From Candidatus Krumholzibacteriales bacterium (lineage in GTDB: Bacteria > Krumholzibacteriota > Krumholzibacteriia > Krumholzibacteriales > WJIX01), in NCBI GenBank assembly GCA_046483305.1, contig JAWODM010000045.1:1-61070 (forward strand): a stretch of DNA of 61,070 nucleotides, written 5' to 3'. Within the stretch, counting starts at the first letter, position 1. Every line of letters starts with the position of its first letter. The notes under the pieces are model-generated. The model searched no databases. It was given only the letters and a program-made list of their open reading frames with translations, and was not told the origin of the DNA. Shown piece by piece: positions 1 to 9,016 of this stretch. The position numbers and the translations under genes were made by a program.

Positions 1-1142
1 CCTCTGCCGAAATCGTAAAGCTCCCTGAAAACCGAATCAACGATCACTGCCGGCTGCTCTCCCCTGAGTTCCCTCACAATATCAATCACCCTGTCTTTGC
101 CGAACATCTGGCTATCGTAATTTCTGCTTTCCAGGATACCGTCAGTCAGCATTACCAGGATATCTCCAGGATCGATAAACGCAAAACCCCTCATGAATGG
201 CTTGTTTATCACCGGCCCCAGAATACTTCCTCCGGTGCTGAGTTCCACCTCTCCCGACTCCTTGATCACCACCGGCCTGGGATGTCCGGCATTAACATAA
301 ACCAGGGTCCCGTTCTCTTCCAGCTCTCCGAAGAACATCGATACGAATTTAGTGGAGAGGCGGCTTCGGCCTATCACGTCATTCAACTTTCTTACCATAC
401 TGGATATCTTCATTTCCTTTTCGATCCCCATTCTGAGGCCGATTACCACATCCCTTACCAGCAGGGCTGCCGGCAGGCCGTGCCCGCTGGCGTCCCCGAT
501 CGAGAATGCCAGCAGGTCTTCATCCAGTTTCTGATAATCGTAGAAATCGCCGCCCACGCTTTCCGCGGCTACCGATTTTGCGGATATCTCATAACCGAAG
601 AACTCCGGCTCGAACTGAGGAAGAAGGGACCTCTGGATGGCATGCGCTTCCTTTATATCAGTCTGAAGGCGCCTGGCGAAACTGGAATAATTCAGCATGT
701 CCCTGATTATATTTATGGAGAACTCAATCGATTCTCTCTGCCATTCACTCTTGAGCCTGAGGACGATCAGATACTGTTCATCCTCGCCGACCAGGGCGGC
801 CACGCTGTTGCTTCCCCAGGGAGGGGTTTCCTCGGTCTCGGTGAAAATATAGCTCTTGTGCTCGTTAAGACTGTTGAAAAAGCGCTCGTACTTGCTGATG
901 CGGTCCGGCCAGTTATACCCGGAATCCCCGGGGGCCTCTCTGATGATCCGGAAATAGCCCACCCGGAACTTGTATACACACCCCCCCATTATCCCCAGCT
1001 CGTCGCTCAGCTCCTCGACCAGCTTCTCCAGGACCAGGGCCAGGGCCTCTTCGGTCTCCGCCCTGTTCTGAATACTGGCCATCAGAGAATCGAGTTCCCT
1101 GTATAATTTCTTTGGTTTGAACATCTCCATTTCAGGAACCAT
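1..1142 (-). CDS. PP2C/SpoIIE (RsbU-like) serine phosphatase, runs off the window start
   Basis: Not in the ORF track. Manual minus-strand translation from ATG at 1142 (MVPEMEMFKPKKLY) is in frame with GDILVMLTDGILE; the PP2C motifs VGGDF, IGDASGHGLPAAL and YVNAGHP also read on this strand. Confidence 0.9.
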   Translation of the reverse strand, partial: MVPEMEMFKPKKLYRELDSLMASIQNRAETEEALALVLEKLVEELSDELGIMGGCVYKFRVGYFRIIREAPGDSGYNWPDRISKYERFFNSLNEHKSYIFTETEETPPWGSNSVAALVGEDEQYLIVLRLKSEWQRESIEFSINIIRDMLNYSSFARRLQTDIKEAHAIQRSLLPQFEPEFFGYEISAKSVAAESVGGDFYDYQKLDEDLLAFSIGDASGHGLPAALLVRDVVIGLRMGIEKEMKISSMVRKLNDVIGRSRLSTKFVSMFFGELEENGTLVYVNAGHPRPVVIKESGEVELSTGGSILGPVINKPFMRGFAFIDPGDILVMLTDGILESRNYDSQMFGKDRVIDIVRELRGEQPAVIVDSVFRELYDFGR

Positions 1143-1293
1143 AAATACTCACCTTCGAATGGTTAAGATCAAGTATATCACCGTACAGTTAACAGAATAT
1201 CCCGGAATTTACAACTGTGTAATATAAAATAAATGCATTAATCCGCCATTTATATTATATTTGAAAATAATTAAAATATATGGAAAGAGGTGT

Positions 1294-2226
1294 ATGATGG
1301 AAATCAATCGACGGAAATTCCTGCAGCTGGTGGCCGGGGGAGCCGCCGGCACAATTATCTCCAGAAAAGCTTTTTCAATGAATCTGCCCGGCGAACAGGC
1401 CGAAAGCGGGGCGGCTCTGGGAGTGGTCAGCGGAACGGACCCGGCTGCCTCCGCAAGAAAGGCGGTAGAGCTTCTGGGCGGAATGAAGAAATTCGTAAAA
1501 CCGGGCGAGAAGGTTCTTATCAAACCGAACATTTCCTGGGACAGGAAGCCGGAGCAGGCGGCCACTACCAATCCGGCTGTGGTAACAGCCGTAATCGAGA
1601 TGGTTAAAGAGGCCGGCGCGGAGGAGATTACAGTGGCCGACAACACCTGTAACAACGCCCAGAATTCGTACCGGCGAAGCGGGATCAAGAAGGCGGCCGA
1701 GGAGGCCGGAGCCAATGTGCCGTATGTGGAAAAGAACGATTTCGAAGAGATAAATATCAAGGGTGAAGTCATCAGGAAATGGAAAATATACCGGCCCGCC
1801 CTGAAGGCAGATAAGATAATTAATCTGCCGGTGGCCAAGCACCATGGATTAACCGTGGTGAGCCTTTCCATGAAGAACATGATGGGGCTTATCGGCGGAA
1901 GAAGGAATCTGCTTCACCAGAACCTGGGGCCCAGCATTGTGGATCTTACGGCCTATTTCAAGCCGGACCTTATTATTCTGGACGCGGTGAGGATACTGAC
2001 CGCCAACGGCCCCCAGGGATCCACCCTGGAAGATGTCACGGTAAAGAACATAATAGCGGCCAGCACCGACCCGGTAAAGATCGACGCGTTCGGAATCTCC
2101 CTTTTCGGCGACCGGGAACCTTTCAACAGGGAGTATGTATCCCGTTATCTGAAGATAGCCGAAGACCGCGGACTGGGTTCTTCGAATTACAAGGGAACCG
2201 GATTCAAGAAAGTAACCCTGGGCTGA
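1294..2226 (+). CDS. DUF362 family protein with twin-arginine leader
   Basis: NRRKFL leader; VLIKPN, TTNPAVV, INLPVAKHH, SLSMKNMMG and DPVKID motifs. Start moved to the ATG after GAAAGAGG. Confidence 0.85.
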   Translation: MMEINRRKFLQLVAGGAAGTIISRKAFSMNLPGEQAESGAALGVVSGTDPAASARKAVELLGGMKKFVKPGEKVLIKPNISWDRKPEQAATTNPAVVTAVIEMVKEAGAEEITVADNTCNNAQNSYRRSGIKKAAEEAGANVPYVEKNDFEEINIKGEVIRKWKIYRPALKADKIINLPVAKHHGLTVVSLSMKNMMGLIGGRRNLLHQNLGPSIVDLTAYFKPDLIILDAVRILTANGPQGSTLEDVTVKNIIAASTDPVKIDAFGISLFGDREPFNREYVSRYLKIAEDRGLGSSNYKGTGFKKVTLG

Positions 2227-2229
2227 TAA

Positions 2230-3780
2230 ATGGCAAACGCACGCAGGATATTTCAGGTACTGTTTCTTCTTCTCTTTCTCTTTCTGTTCATCGCCAATGA
2301 ATTCGAGGCGGGCTCGGGGACCGATCTTCCCCTGACCCTGTTCCTCGATCTGGACCCCCTGCTTGCCATCAGCACTATCCTGGTCTCCCACTCCTTTCAG
2401 ATGAAATTCCTGTTCGGCCTGATAACTCTGGGGCTGGCGATTCTTCTGGGGCGGATATTCTGCGGATGGATATGCCCGCTGGGAACCATGAACAACTTTG
2501 CCGGATATCTGAAGAGGTTATTAAGCAAGGCGGGCAACAGACTGGAACGGCGCGGCGGGCTGCTTTCCATGAAATACTATATCCTGTTCTTTGTCCTGGT
2601 GGCGGCATTGCTGGGATGGAACGCGGCGGGGCTGATCGGCCCGATACCGCTTCTGACCCGCTCGCTAACCGCCGGAACAGACCCGGCATTCCATACTATG
2701 GTAACCTCCGTACTCAACTCCATTACCTCTATAAATATCCCCGTCTTATCAGGGCTCTCCAGCTCCCTTATGGATTCCCTGAAAGGATCGGTTCTGCCTC
2801 ATGCCGAACCACTGTTCAGGCAGTCACTGATTATAGGGATGATCTTTCTTGCTATCCTGGCCATGAATCTGTTCATCCCCAGGTTCTGGTGCAGGTATAT
2901 CTGCCCGCTGGGGGCTTTTCTGGGACTTGCAGGGAACGGTCAGGCCCTGGCCCGGATCCGGATAAATGACGACAAATGTATCGAGTGCGGGATGTGCAAC
3001 CGGGTATGCCAGGGGGAGGCGTATCCGTATCCAGCAATAGCCGAACGTGAATGCGTGAAGTGCTACAATTGCCATGAGGTCTGCCCCGCGGACGCTATAG
3101 AGATATACCACGGTAAAACCAGGATGGCCAGGGAAGAGGTGGATATAGAGAGAAGATGGGTGCTGTCAAGCTGTGTAGGGGCCCTGGCGGCGGCTGCTGC
3201 GATCAACGCGGGGGTGAAGATAAGCAGGGCTCACCCTGAAAGGATCCGGCCTCCGGGAGCGGTTCCCGAACCGGAATTTCTCAAAAAATGTATAAAGTGC
3301 GGTGAATGCATGAAGATATGCCTGACCAACGGACTCCAGCCCTCTCTTCAGCAGTCAGGGTTTGCCGGCCTCTGGACCCCCATACTGGTTCCCAAAATCG
3401 GGTACTGCGAATACCAGTGCAACCTCTGTTCGCAGGTATGCCCCACCGGCGCTATCCGTAATGTTTCAATGGAGGAAAAACAGTCCATAAAGATCGGCCT
3501 TGCCTGGTTCGACAGGGACCGCTGCATCCCTCACACCGCGGGGCTTAATTGCGGGGTCTGCGAAGAACACTGCCCCGCTCCCGGAAAGGCGATTAAATTC
3601 GAAGAGGTAGAGGCCACTGGAAGAAACGGCTTCCCCTTCATACTCAAAAAACCTTACGTGGACCAGAGCCTCTGTATAGGGTGCGGTATATGCGAGAACA
3701 AGTGCGTGATTACCGATAAGCCGGCGATCCGGGTCACCTCATCCAATGAAAGCCGCGGGGATAATCAGGTATTCCTTTAA
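2230..3780 (+). CDS. Membrane 4Fe-4S binding protein (NapH/MauN-like N-terminus fused to a polyferredoxin)
   Basis: GRIFCGWICPLG and RFWCRYICPLG motifs, several CxxCxxCxxxC(P) clusters, RPPGA motif; directly follows the DUF362 gene. Confidence 0.85.
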   Translation: MANARRIFQVLFLLLFLFLFIANEFEAGSGTDLPLTLFLDLDPLLAISTILVSHSFQMKFLFGLITLGLAILLGRIFCGWICPLGTMNNFAGYLKRLLSKAGNRLERRGGLLSMKYYILFFVLVAALLGWNAAGLIGPIPLLTRSLTAGTDPAFHTMVTSVLNSITSINIPVLSGLSSSLMDSLKGSVLPHAEPLFRQSLIIGMIFLAILAMNLFIPRFWCRYICPLGAFLGLAGNGQALARIRINDDKCIECGMCNRVCQGEAYPYPAIAERECVKCYNCHEVCPADAIEIYHGKTRMAREEVDIERRWVLSSCVGALAAAAAINAGVKISRAHPERIRPPGAVPEPEFLKKCIKCGECMKICLTNGLQPSLQQSGFAGLWTPILVPKIGYCEYQCNLCSQVCPTGAIRNVSMEEKQSIKIGLAWFDRDRCIPHTAGLNCGVCEEHCPAPGKAIKFEEVEATGRNGFPFILKKPYVDQSLCIGCGICENKCVITDKPAIRVTSSNESRGDNQVFL

Positions 3781-4448
3781 AATTCCTTCTCTATCCTTCC
3801 GGTCATTGGAACGAACCTCACCCCGATAAGGGGTTCCTCAATGTACCCTTCTTCGGTCCTGACCAGTTTATATATCTTCTGAGAAAAGGTTCCCGCCGGA
3901 ATTATCATCCGTCCCCCCTCGGCCATCTGATTCTTCAGCTCCCGGGGGATACCTCCAGGAGCAGCCGTTACCATGATAGCGTCGAAGGGGGCCTGTTCGG
4001 GCCATCCCAGAGATCCGTCGCCAACCCGGTAGGAGATATTATCATACCCCAGCCTGCTCAGTATCTTCCGGGATCTTTCCGACAGATCTGCTATTATCTC
4101 CATAGTGTATACATGCCCGGCAAGTTCAGCCAGAATTGCCGTCTGGTAACCGCAGCCGGTCCCTATCTCCAGCACCCGGTCGCCGCTGCCAACCGAGAGC
4201 TGTTCGGTCATGTAAGCCACTATGTATGGCTGTGAGATAGTCTGCCCGCACCCTATCGGGAGAGGGCCGTCCCGGTAAGCCCTGATCCCGTCGCCCCCGG
4301 AGACGAACAGTTCCCGGGGGACCTTTCTCATGGCATCCAGGACCCGGCTGTCAGTCACACCCCGCCCGGCAATCTGGGTTCTGACCATCTCTTCTCTTTC
4401 CGCTTTTCTGCTATCCCTGTTCCAATCTCTCTCTGACAAGGTCCTCAC
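3777..4448 (-). CDS. pcm: Protein-L-isoaspartate O-methyltransferase
   Basis: GQTISQPYIVA, VLEIGTGCGYQTA, GDGSLGWPEQAPFDAI and VRFVPM motifs; start uncertain. Confidence 0.93.
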   Translation of the reverse strand: MRTLSERDWNRDSRKAEREEMVRTQIAGRGVTDSRVLDAMRKVPRELFVSGGDGIRAYRDGPLPIGCGQTISQPYIVAYMTEQLSVGSGDRVLEIGTGCGYQTAILAELAGHVYTMEIIADLSERSRKILSRLGYDNISYRVGDGSLGWPEQAPFDAIMVTAAPGGIPRELKNQMAEGGRMIIPAGTFSQKIYKLVRTEEGYIEEPLIGVRFVPMTGRIEKEF

Positions 4449-5643
4449 CCCTATCCAGTGTTTCCTTCAGCCTTCCGCCGTCGCCCCCTCCTCCCCTGGC
4501 AAAATCCCTGGTTCCTCCTCCCCGGGCGTTCATAACGGCGCCGGCCTCTTTCAGGATTTCAGCCATATTCAGGTCTATTTCAGGTGAACAGGCAAATACC
4601 AGAGCGGGGCTCTCTCCCCCCACTCCCAGCATTATTATTTCAACGCCACGGTCTCTCATCTCTCCCGCCATCTTCCCAAGCAGGCCGGGGTCCACACCCT
4701 CCAGCTGCTTCTTAACCAGAGAACGCCCCGCTATCTCGCCATCCGGCCCGATCCGGCCGGCCCGGCTGGACGCTACCTCTTCCCTGACTGATTTCAGCTC
4801 CTTCTTCAATCTCTTATTTTCTTCGGTTAATTTTTGAACAACCTCGCCTATCTCCGCATGGGAGGTACTGAAGAATCCGGCAACGGAGCTGATAATCCTG
4901 TCTTTCTCCAGGTAGTCCCGCAGAGCTCTGAACCCGCAGAGGAATTCCACCCTGGTATTATCCCTGACCCTTTCCGTTGCGGTTATCTTGATCACTCCTA
5001 TTTCGCCGGTCTTGCTGGTATGAGTTCCGCAGCAGGCATTGATATCCACTCCTTCCACCTCCACAAGCCTGACAATTTCAGCCCCCCCGGGCGGTTCGCT
5101 GCGTGGGTGATAACCTTTTTCCTCACAGATTCTTCTGAATTCATCCCGTTTCAGGCTCCTGGCGGTTACCGGAATGTCCTTATATATCAGTCTGTTAACT
5201 TCAAGCTCGACTCTCTCCATCACATCCCCGGAAGGGGCCGGCCCTTCCAGGTCGATAGTGGAGGCTGATTCCCCCATATGGAAACCTGCCGTATCAAGTC
5301 CGGCTATATCGAGAAATACCCTGGAGAGCAGATGCTGGCCGGTATGCTGCTGCATATGGTCGAACCTGCGGCTGAAATCAACAACCCCGGTTACTTTCTT
5401 CCCTTCACCCAGCCGACCCTCTACGACATGTTCCACTCTTCCGCCGCTCTCTCTCACCGCGGTAACCTTCCTGCCATCGAGTGTTCCGGTGTCATGCGGC
5501 TGTCCTCCGGATTCCGGGTAAAAAGCTGTTCTGTCGAGAACCACAATACTCTCAGAATCCGATATATCCTCAGCCCGGTCAACCCTGGCCGTAAACCCGG
5601 TAAGATAAGGATCCTGAAGATAAATTTTCTCTTCGCCTTTCAT
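4411..5643 (-). CDS. Alanyl-tRNA editing protein (AlaX-L type, with C-terminal DHHA1)
   Basis: TAFYPESGGQPHDTG, HMQQHTGQHLLS and CCGTH zinc-site motifs; C-terminal RGGG..ARGGG. Confidence 0.88.
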   Translation of the reverse strand: MKGEEKIYLQDPYLTGFTARVDRAEDISDSESIVVLDRTAFYPESGGQPHDTGTLDGRKVTAVRESGGRVEHVVEGRLGEGKKVTGVVDFSRRFDHMQQHTGQHLLSRVFLDIAGLDTAGFHMGESASTIDLEGPAPSGDVMERVELEVNRLIYKDIPVTARSLKRDEFRRICEEKGYHPRSEPPGGAEIVRLVEVEGVDINACCGTHTSKTGEIGVIKITATERVRDNTRVEFLCGFRALRDYLEKDRIISSVAGFFSTSHAEIGEVVQKLTEENKRLKKELKSVREEVASSRAGRIGPDGEIAGRSLVKKQLEGVDPGLLGKMAGEMRDRGVEIIMLGVGGESPALVFACSPEIDLNMAEILKEAGAVMNARGGGTRDFARGGGGDGGRLKETLDRGEDLVRERLEQG

Positions 5644-5679
5644 CGCTTCACCCTCTGATTTATCAGCTGCCTGCCCCGC

Positions 5680-6201
5680 TTAACCGTAGACAAAATAACC
5701 AAAGACGGCTGCCGCTATAATAATGAAAACCGGCTGTATCTTGAGAAAATAGACCAGGCAGAATGTTACAGCGGCGATTACCAGAGTATCCCAGGAAACC
5801 ACCGAGTTGGGGGAAAGATGAGCTACGGTAACCGCCAGCAGGCCTATCACCACCGGCCTGATCGCCTTTATCATCCCCTCCACGAAGGAGATTCCGCGGT
5901 ACTTATAATACACCAGCATCAATACCACTATTAATATACTGGACGGCAACAGCAGCCCCGTGAGGGCCAGGCATGCTCCCAGAGGCCCGGCGGTCTCGTT
6001 TCCGACGTAGATCGCCATTTTGGTAGTAATGGGTCCTGGTAGCGTACTCGCCATCGCCAGGGTGTCAACGAATTCGCTGGGGCTCATCCAGCTGTGGTTA
6101 TGAACTACCTCCATCTCAAGAAGAGGCAGCATCGCCGGCCCGCCTCCGTAACCGAATAATCCAACCTTGAAGAACGACAGAAAAACCGACCAGTAAATCA
6201 A
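5680..6201 (-). CDS. Short-chain chromate transporter (CHR family)
   Basis: GLFGYGGGPA and TLPGP motifs; hydrophobic 173 aa. Confidence 0.88.
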   Translation of the reverse strand: MIYWSVFLSFFKVGLFGYGGGPAMLPLLEMEVVHNHSWMSPSEFVDTLAMASTLPGPITTKMAIYVGNETAGPLGACLALTGLLLPSSILIVVLMLVYYKYRGISFVEGMIKAIRPVVIGLLAVTVAHLSPNSVVSWDTLVIAAVTFCLVYFLKIQPVFIIIAAAVFGYFVYG

Positions 6202-6529
6202 TGCTCCTCTTTCTCATGCAGATAAGCTGATTCGATTTCAGCAGTGCAGTTTAAAATCTTAACTTAAATGACTGATATAGACAATATAATAATATCCCGC
6301 CTTCGGGGTCCGCCGTGAAGCGGCCTTCCCGCCATAACATCTTTATCCGGCCGGGTTCCCCCGCATGTTTCCCTTTTACTCCTTGACATCAATGCGGGGA
6401 TGAGCAATTAATTCCTGTAAGTATATTGAAGTTTTTAACGTTACAAACGGATAACGGATCCGGTTTCTGCTCCTTATCCGGGTATACGTATCACGCGGCC
6501 TTATCGATGCCGGGAAAAGAGCCCGCACG

Positions 6530-6811
6530 GTGAATAAAAAGAGGATTCAGATAACTCCCCTGCTGTGGGGAACGGCGTTCACGGCTCTCGGTATAATCGA
6601 ACTTGTCAAACAGTACAAGATAGTGTACGGCGTGCCGCTCTGGGCCCTCTGCTTCTTCTGTATAGCCGCAAATAATTTTCTGGGAAGCGAATGGCTCCGT
6701 TCAAAACTTGGGATTGAAAATCCCATGATTATCAAGGTCGCGTCAGTAGCCAATATTGCGGCGATATCAGTTCTGATAATATCACTCTTTATTGAATATG
6801 CCCTCAGCTGA
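6530..6811 (+). CDS. Small membrane protein, unknown function
   Basis: 93-aa ORF with three hydrophobic segments filling an intergenic gap. Confidence 0.55.
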   Translation: MNKKRIQITPLLWGTAFTALGIIELVKQYKIVYGVPLWALCFFCIAANNFLGSEWLRSKLGIENPMIIKVASVANIAAISVLIISLFIEYALS

Positions 6812-6861
6812 ACCGGAACGCTTGAGCCGGGGAGATCAGAAGGCGTCACCAACCATCTTCA

Positions 6862-8487
6862 TTACTCACGGCGGCGGCTCCGGGGTAAGGCCGACCGGTG
6901 CAGAATCGCCCCGGCAAGAGACAAGACGGCGAGTACATAGAAAACGAGATTGCCATGCCTGGTATAGAAGGTAAGCCCGGCAGGTTCTTTTATACCGCAG
7001 TAGATAGTACCCTCCTCATTCAGGCCTAATTTCTTCAGCACCCTGCCCGCCGGGTCTATATACATGGAGACCCCGGTATTTGCAGACCTCAGCATATAAA
7101 CCCCGTTCTCCACCGCTCTCATAATTGCGCTCTCCGAATGCTGTATCGGCCCTCTCTGGCTGTTGAACCATCCGTCGTTGGTAATATTTACCAGGAACCC
7201 GGCGCCGTTGAGAATATAATCCCTGGACTGGGCCGGGAAGGTTGATTCATAACATATCAGCACTCCGAAATCCCCCGCTTCCGGGCTGAATATCGTTTCT
7301 CTTGTCCCGCTGGTAAAATTAGCCTGCCCGAACTTGATTCTCTTCAGAGCGGGGAAATACTGGCTGAATGGTATTTTCTCACCGAAAGGAAGAAGATTGA
7401 CCTTGCGATAACGGGCTTCCAGTTTTCCCTGGCGGTTGAAAAGCCCCGCCCCGTTATGAGATTTTATCTCATCCTCTCCGTGAGTGTGGTCAATAAAACC
7501 TATCAGCAGATCGACTCCGCTTCCGGCGGCTATCCTCTCAAGCCACACCCGGTAACCGGCCGAACGGCTGATAGATACCGGAGCGGATGTCTCCGGGAAG
7601 ATAACCAGCTCGGCGCCCCTGCCGGCGGCTTCAGCCGTAAGTTTTTCTATCTCCCTGAATATCCTGTTCTTGTACTCCGGCTTCCATTTAATATCCAGCC
7701 CCACGTTCGGTTGGACCACCGCTATATTTTTACGGTCTATCCCTCCGGCCACCTCCCGGTAATGTCTGACCCTGGCAACTCCGAACATTACATGAGACAG
7801 AACAACCAGTATCAGAAGGGCCAGGCAGGCCAATCTCATTCTCGCCTGTTTCGAGAAGAGAACCACCGCCAGCAGCAGGTTAACCAGTACAATGAAAAAG
7901 GACAGTCCGTATGAACCGTATATTGAAAGGCCCTGGACAGCGATGGGATACTTCAACAGGGCTCCGGAAAGCAAACCCCAGGAAAAGGCCAGTTCGCCGC
8001 TGGAGCGGAGCAGCTCGGCCAGGGGATAAAGAGCCGGAGCCGCCACTACCGCTCCCCGGCCGTATCTCCTGATCAGGTATGCCAGGGCCAGCCCGAAAAG
8101 GCCCGGGTAGAGGGCAAGGTAAAGCACCAGCAGGGAAACTCCCGGAGCCAGTACCCATCTGGCCGTAACGTTTGAGTCGGGTATGACATTGGCCACCCAG
8201 TGAAGGAGAATGCCGAAGAAGACCACTCCGAAAATATAACATACCAGAAATCCCCTCTTCAGGAATCCGCTTTTCCGGTTCCCGGCTCCTTCCTCTCCAA
8301 GGAAGTACCAGAACACCGGAACCAGCGCGAAGAGCGAAAAAACCCTGGCCGGATAGGGGGGGAACGAGAGAGCCGCCATTATACCGGATAGCGCTCCGGT
8401 ACTTATCTCCCTGCCCCAATTCCTGGTAAAAGAAGAAATACTCAAAACAGACCTCTTTTCTGCATGGAGTATAAGAAAATCAGGCAT
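6862..8487 (-). CDS. lnt: Apolipoprotein N-acyltransferase
   Basis: N-terminal TM helices; VVQPN, FPETS, KVNLLPFGE, ICYES, NITNDGWF and RSANTGVS motifs. Confidence 0.95.
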   Translation of the reverse strand: MPDFLILHAEKRSVLSISSFTRNWGREISTGALSGIMAALSFPPYPARVFSLFALVPVFWYFLGEEGAGNRKSGFLKRGFLVCYIFGVVFFGILLHWVANVIPDSNVTARWVLAPGVSLLVLYLALYPGLFGLALAYLIRRYGRGAVVAAPALYPLAELLRSSGELAFSWGLLSGALLKYPIAVQGLSIYGSYGLSFFIVLVNLLLAVVLFSKQARMRLACLALLILVVLSHVMFGVARVRHYREVAGGIDRKNIAVVQPNVGLDIKWKPEYKNRIFREIEKLTAEAAGRGAELVIFPETSAPVSISRSAGYRVWLERIAAGSGVDLLIGFIDHTHGEDEIKSHNGAGLFNRQGKLEARYRKVNLLPFGEKIPFSQYFPALKRIKFGQANFTSGTRETIFSPEAGDFGVLICYESTFPAQSRDYILNGAGFLVNITNDGWFNSQRGPIQHSESAIMRAVENGVYMLRSANTGVSMYIDPAGRVLKKLGLNEEGTIYCGIKEPAGLTFYTRHGNLVFYVLAVLSLAGAILHRSALPRSRRRE

Positions 8488-8562
8488 CGGTAAACAAGAT
8501 AAAAAGGTTGATTACAGTGGCGGCCCCGCGACCAGCCTGCACTGGCCGAACAGCTCCCCAAT

Positions 8563-8696
8563 AAAAGAACCACCCACCGCCGCGGCCCGGTTGCTTTAGG
8601 GGGGACTGGAAAACCGCAGCTTGGATGGCTCAACGGCCGGAATTACTGGGTAAGATAAGGATTCCGGCCAGATAACATATTTAATCGAGTAGCGCT
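8563..8696 (-). ncRNA. Putative sigma54-dependent small RNA (two hairpins with C-rich loops, ending in a U-tract)
   Basis: Hairpin 8635-8669 (GGCCGGAAT/ATTCCGGCC). Long stem 8567-8631 with many G-U pairs on the minus strand and a loop containing UCCCCCC, followed by UUUU. Lies just downstream of a -24/-12 motif. Not a recognised family. Confidence 0.45.
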
Positions 8697-8707
8697 CCAA
8701 TATAAAT

Positions 8708-8722
8708 ACATGAATTATGCCA
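8708..8722 (-). promoter_or_regulatory. Putative sigma54 -24/-12 promoter
   Basis: TGGCATAATTCATGT versus consensus TGGCACG-N4-TTGC: correct GG to G spacing, but -12 is GT rather than GC. AT-rich tract upstream. Confidence 0.5.
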
Positions 8723-8840
8723 GAGCCAGGAAGACGGGCGCATTTTATTTAATGTCTTTAATTGTTTGTCATTACATGACTTAGCGGATGGCGTCAGGTT
8801 CGGCTCCGCTCCCGCGCTCCCCCGGCCCCGTTCAGCCGCT

Positions 8841-8923
8841 GTACACCCGGAAGACGCGGAGATGGTTAAACCGTTCTTATTATTGTTCTTTTGGCCACGG
8901 CGGGGAGCGTAAACCGGGTGTAC
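8841..8923. repeat. Inverted repeat GTACACCCGG...CCGGGTGTAC (candidate enhancer site or hairpin)
   Basis: Perfect 10-bp arms at 8841-8850 and 8914-8923, with weaker internal complementarity. Confidence 0.6.
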
Positions 8924-9016
8924 ACCATTTCCGGCATTTACACACACGCCGGCCCGTGATTGAACCCGGCTTCAAGTACCATGCTGTGCGGTGAAAAATA
9001 GCCGAACAGGCTGAAG

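Noticed and set aside
282..1106. 274-aa + strand ORF
   Set aside because: Antisense shadow of the PP2C phosphatase, whose motifs read clearly on the minus strand.
8950..8995. TTGAACCCGGCTTCAAG resembling the 3' hairpin of 6S RNA
   Set aside because: I could not build the long closing stem and central bubble of 6S RNA, and the usual zapA/ygfA context is absent. An Rfam search would settle it.
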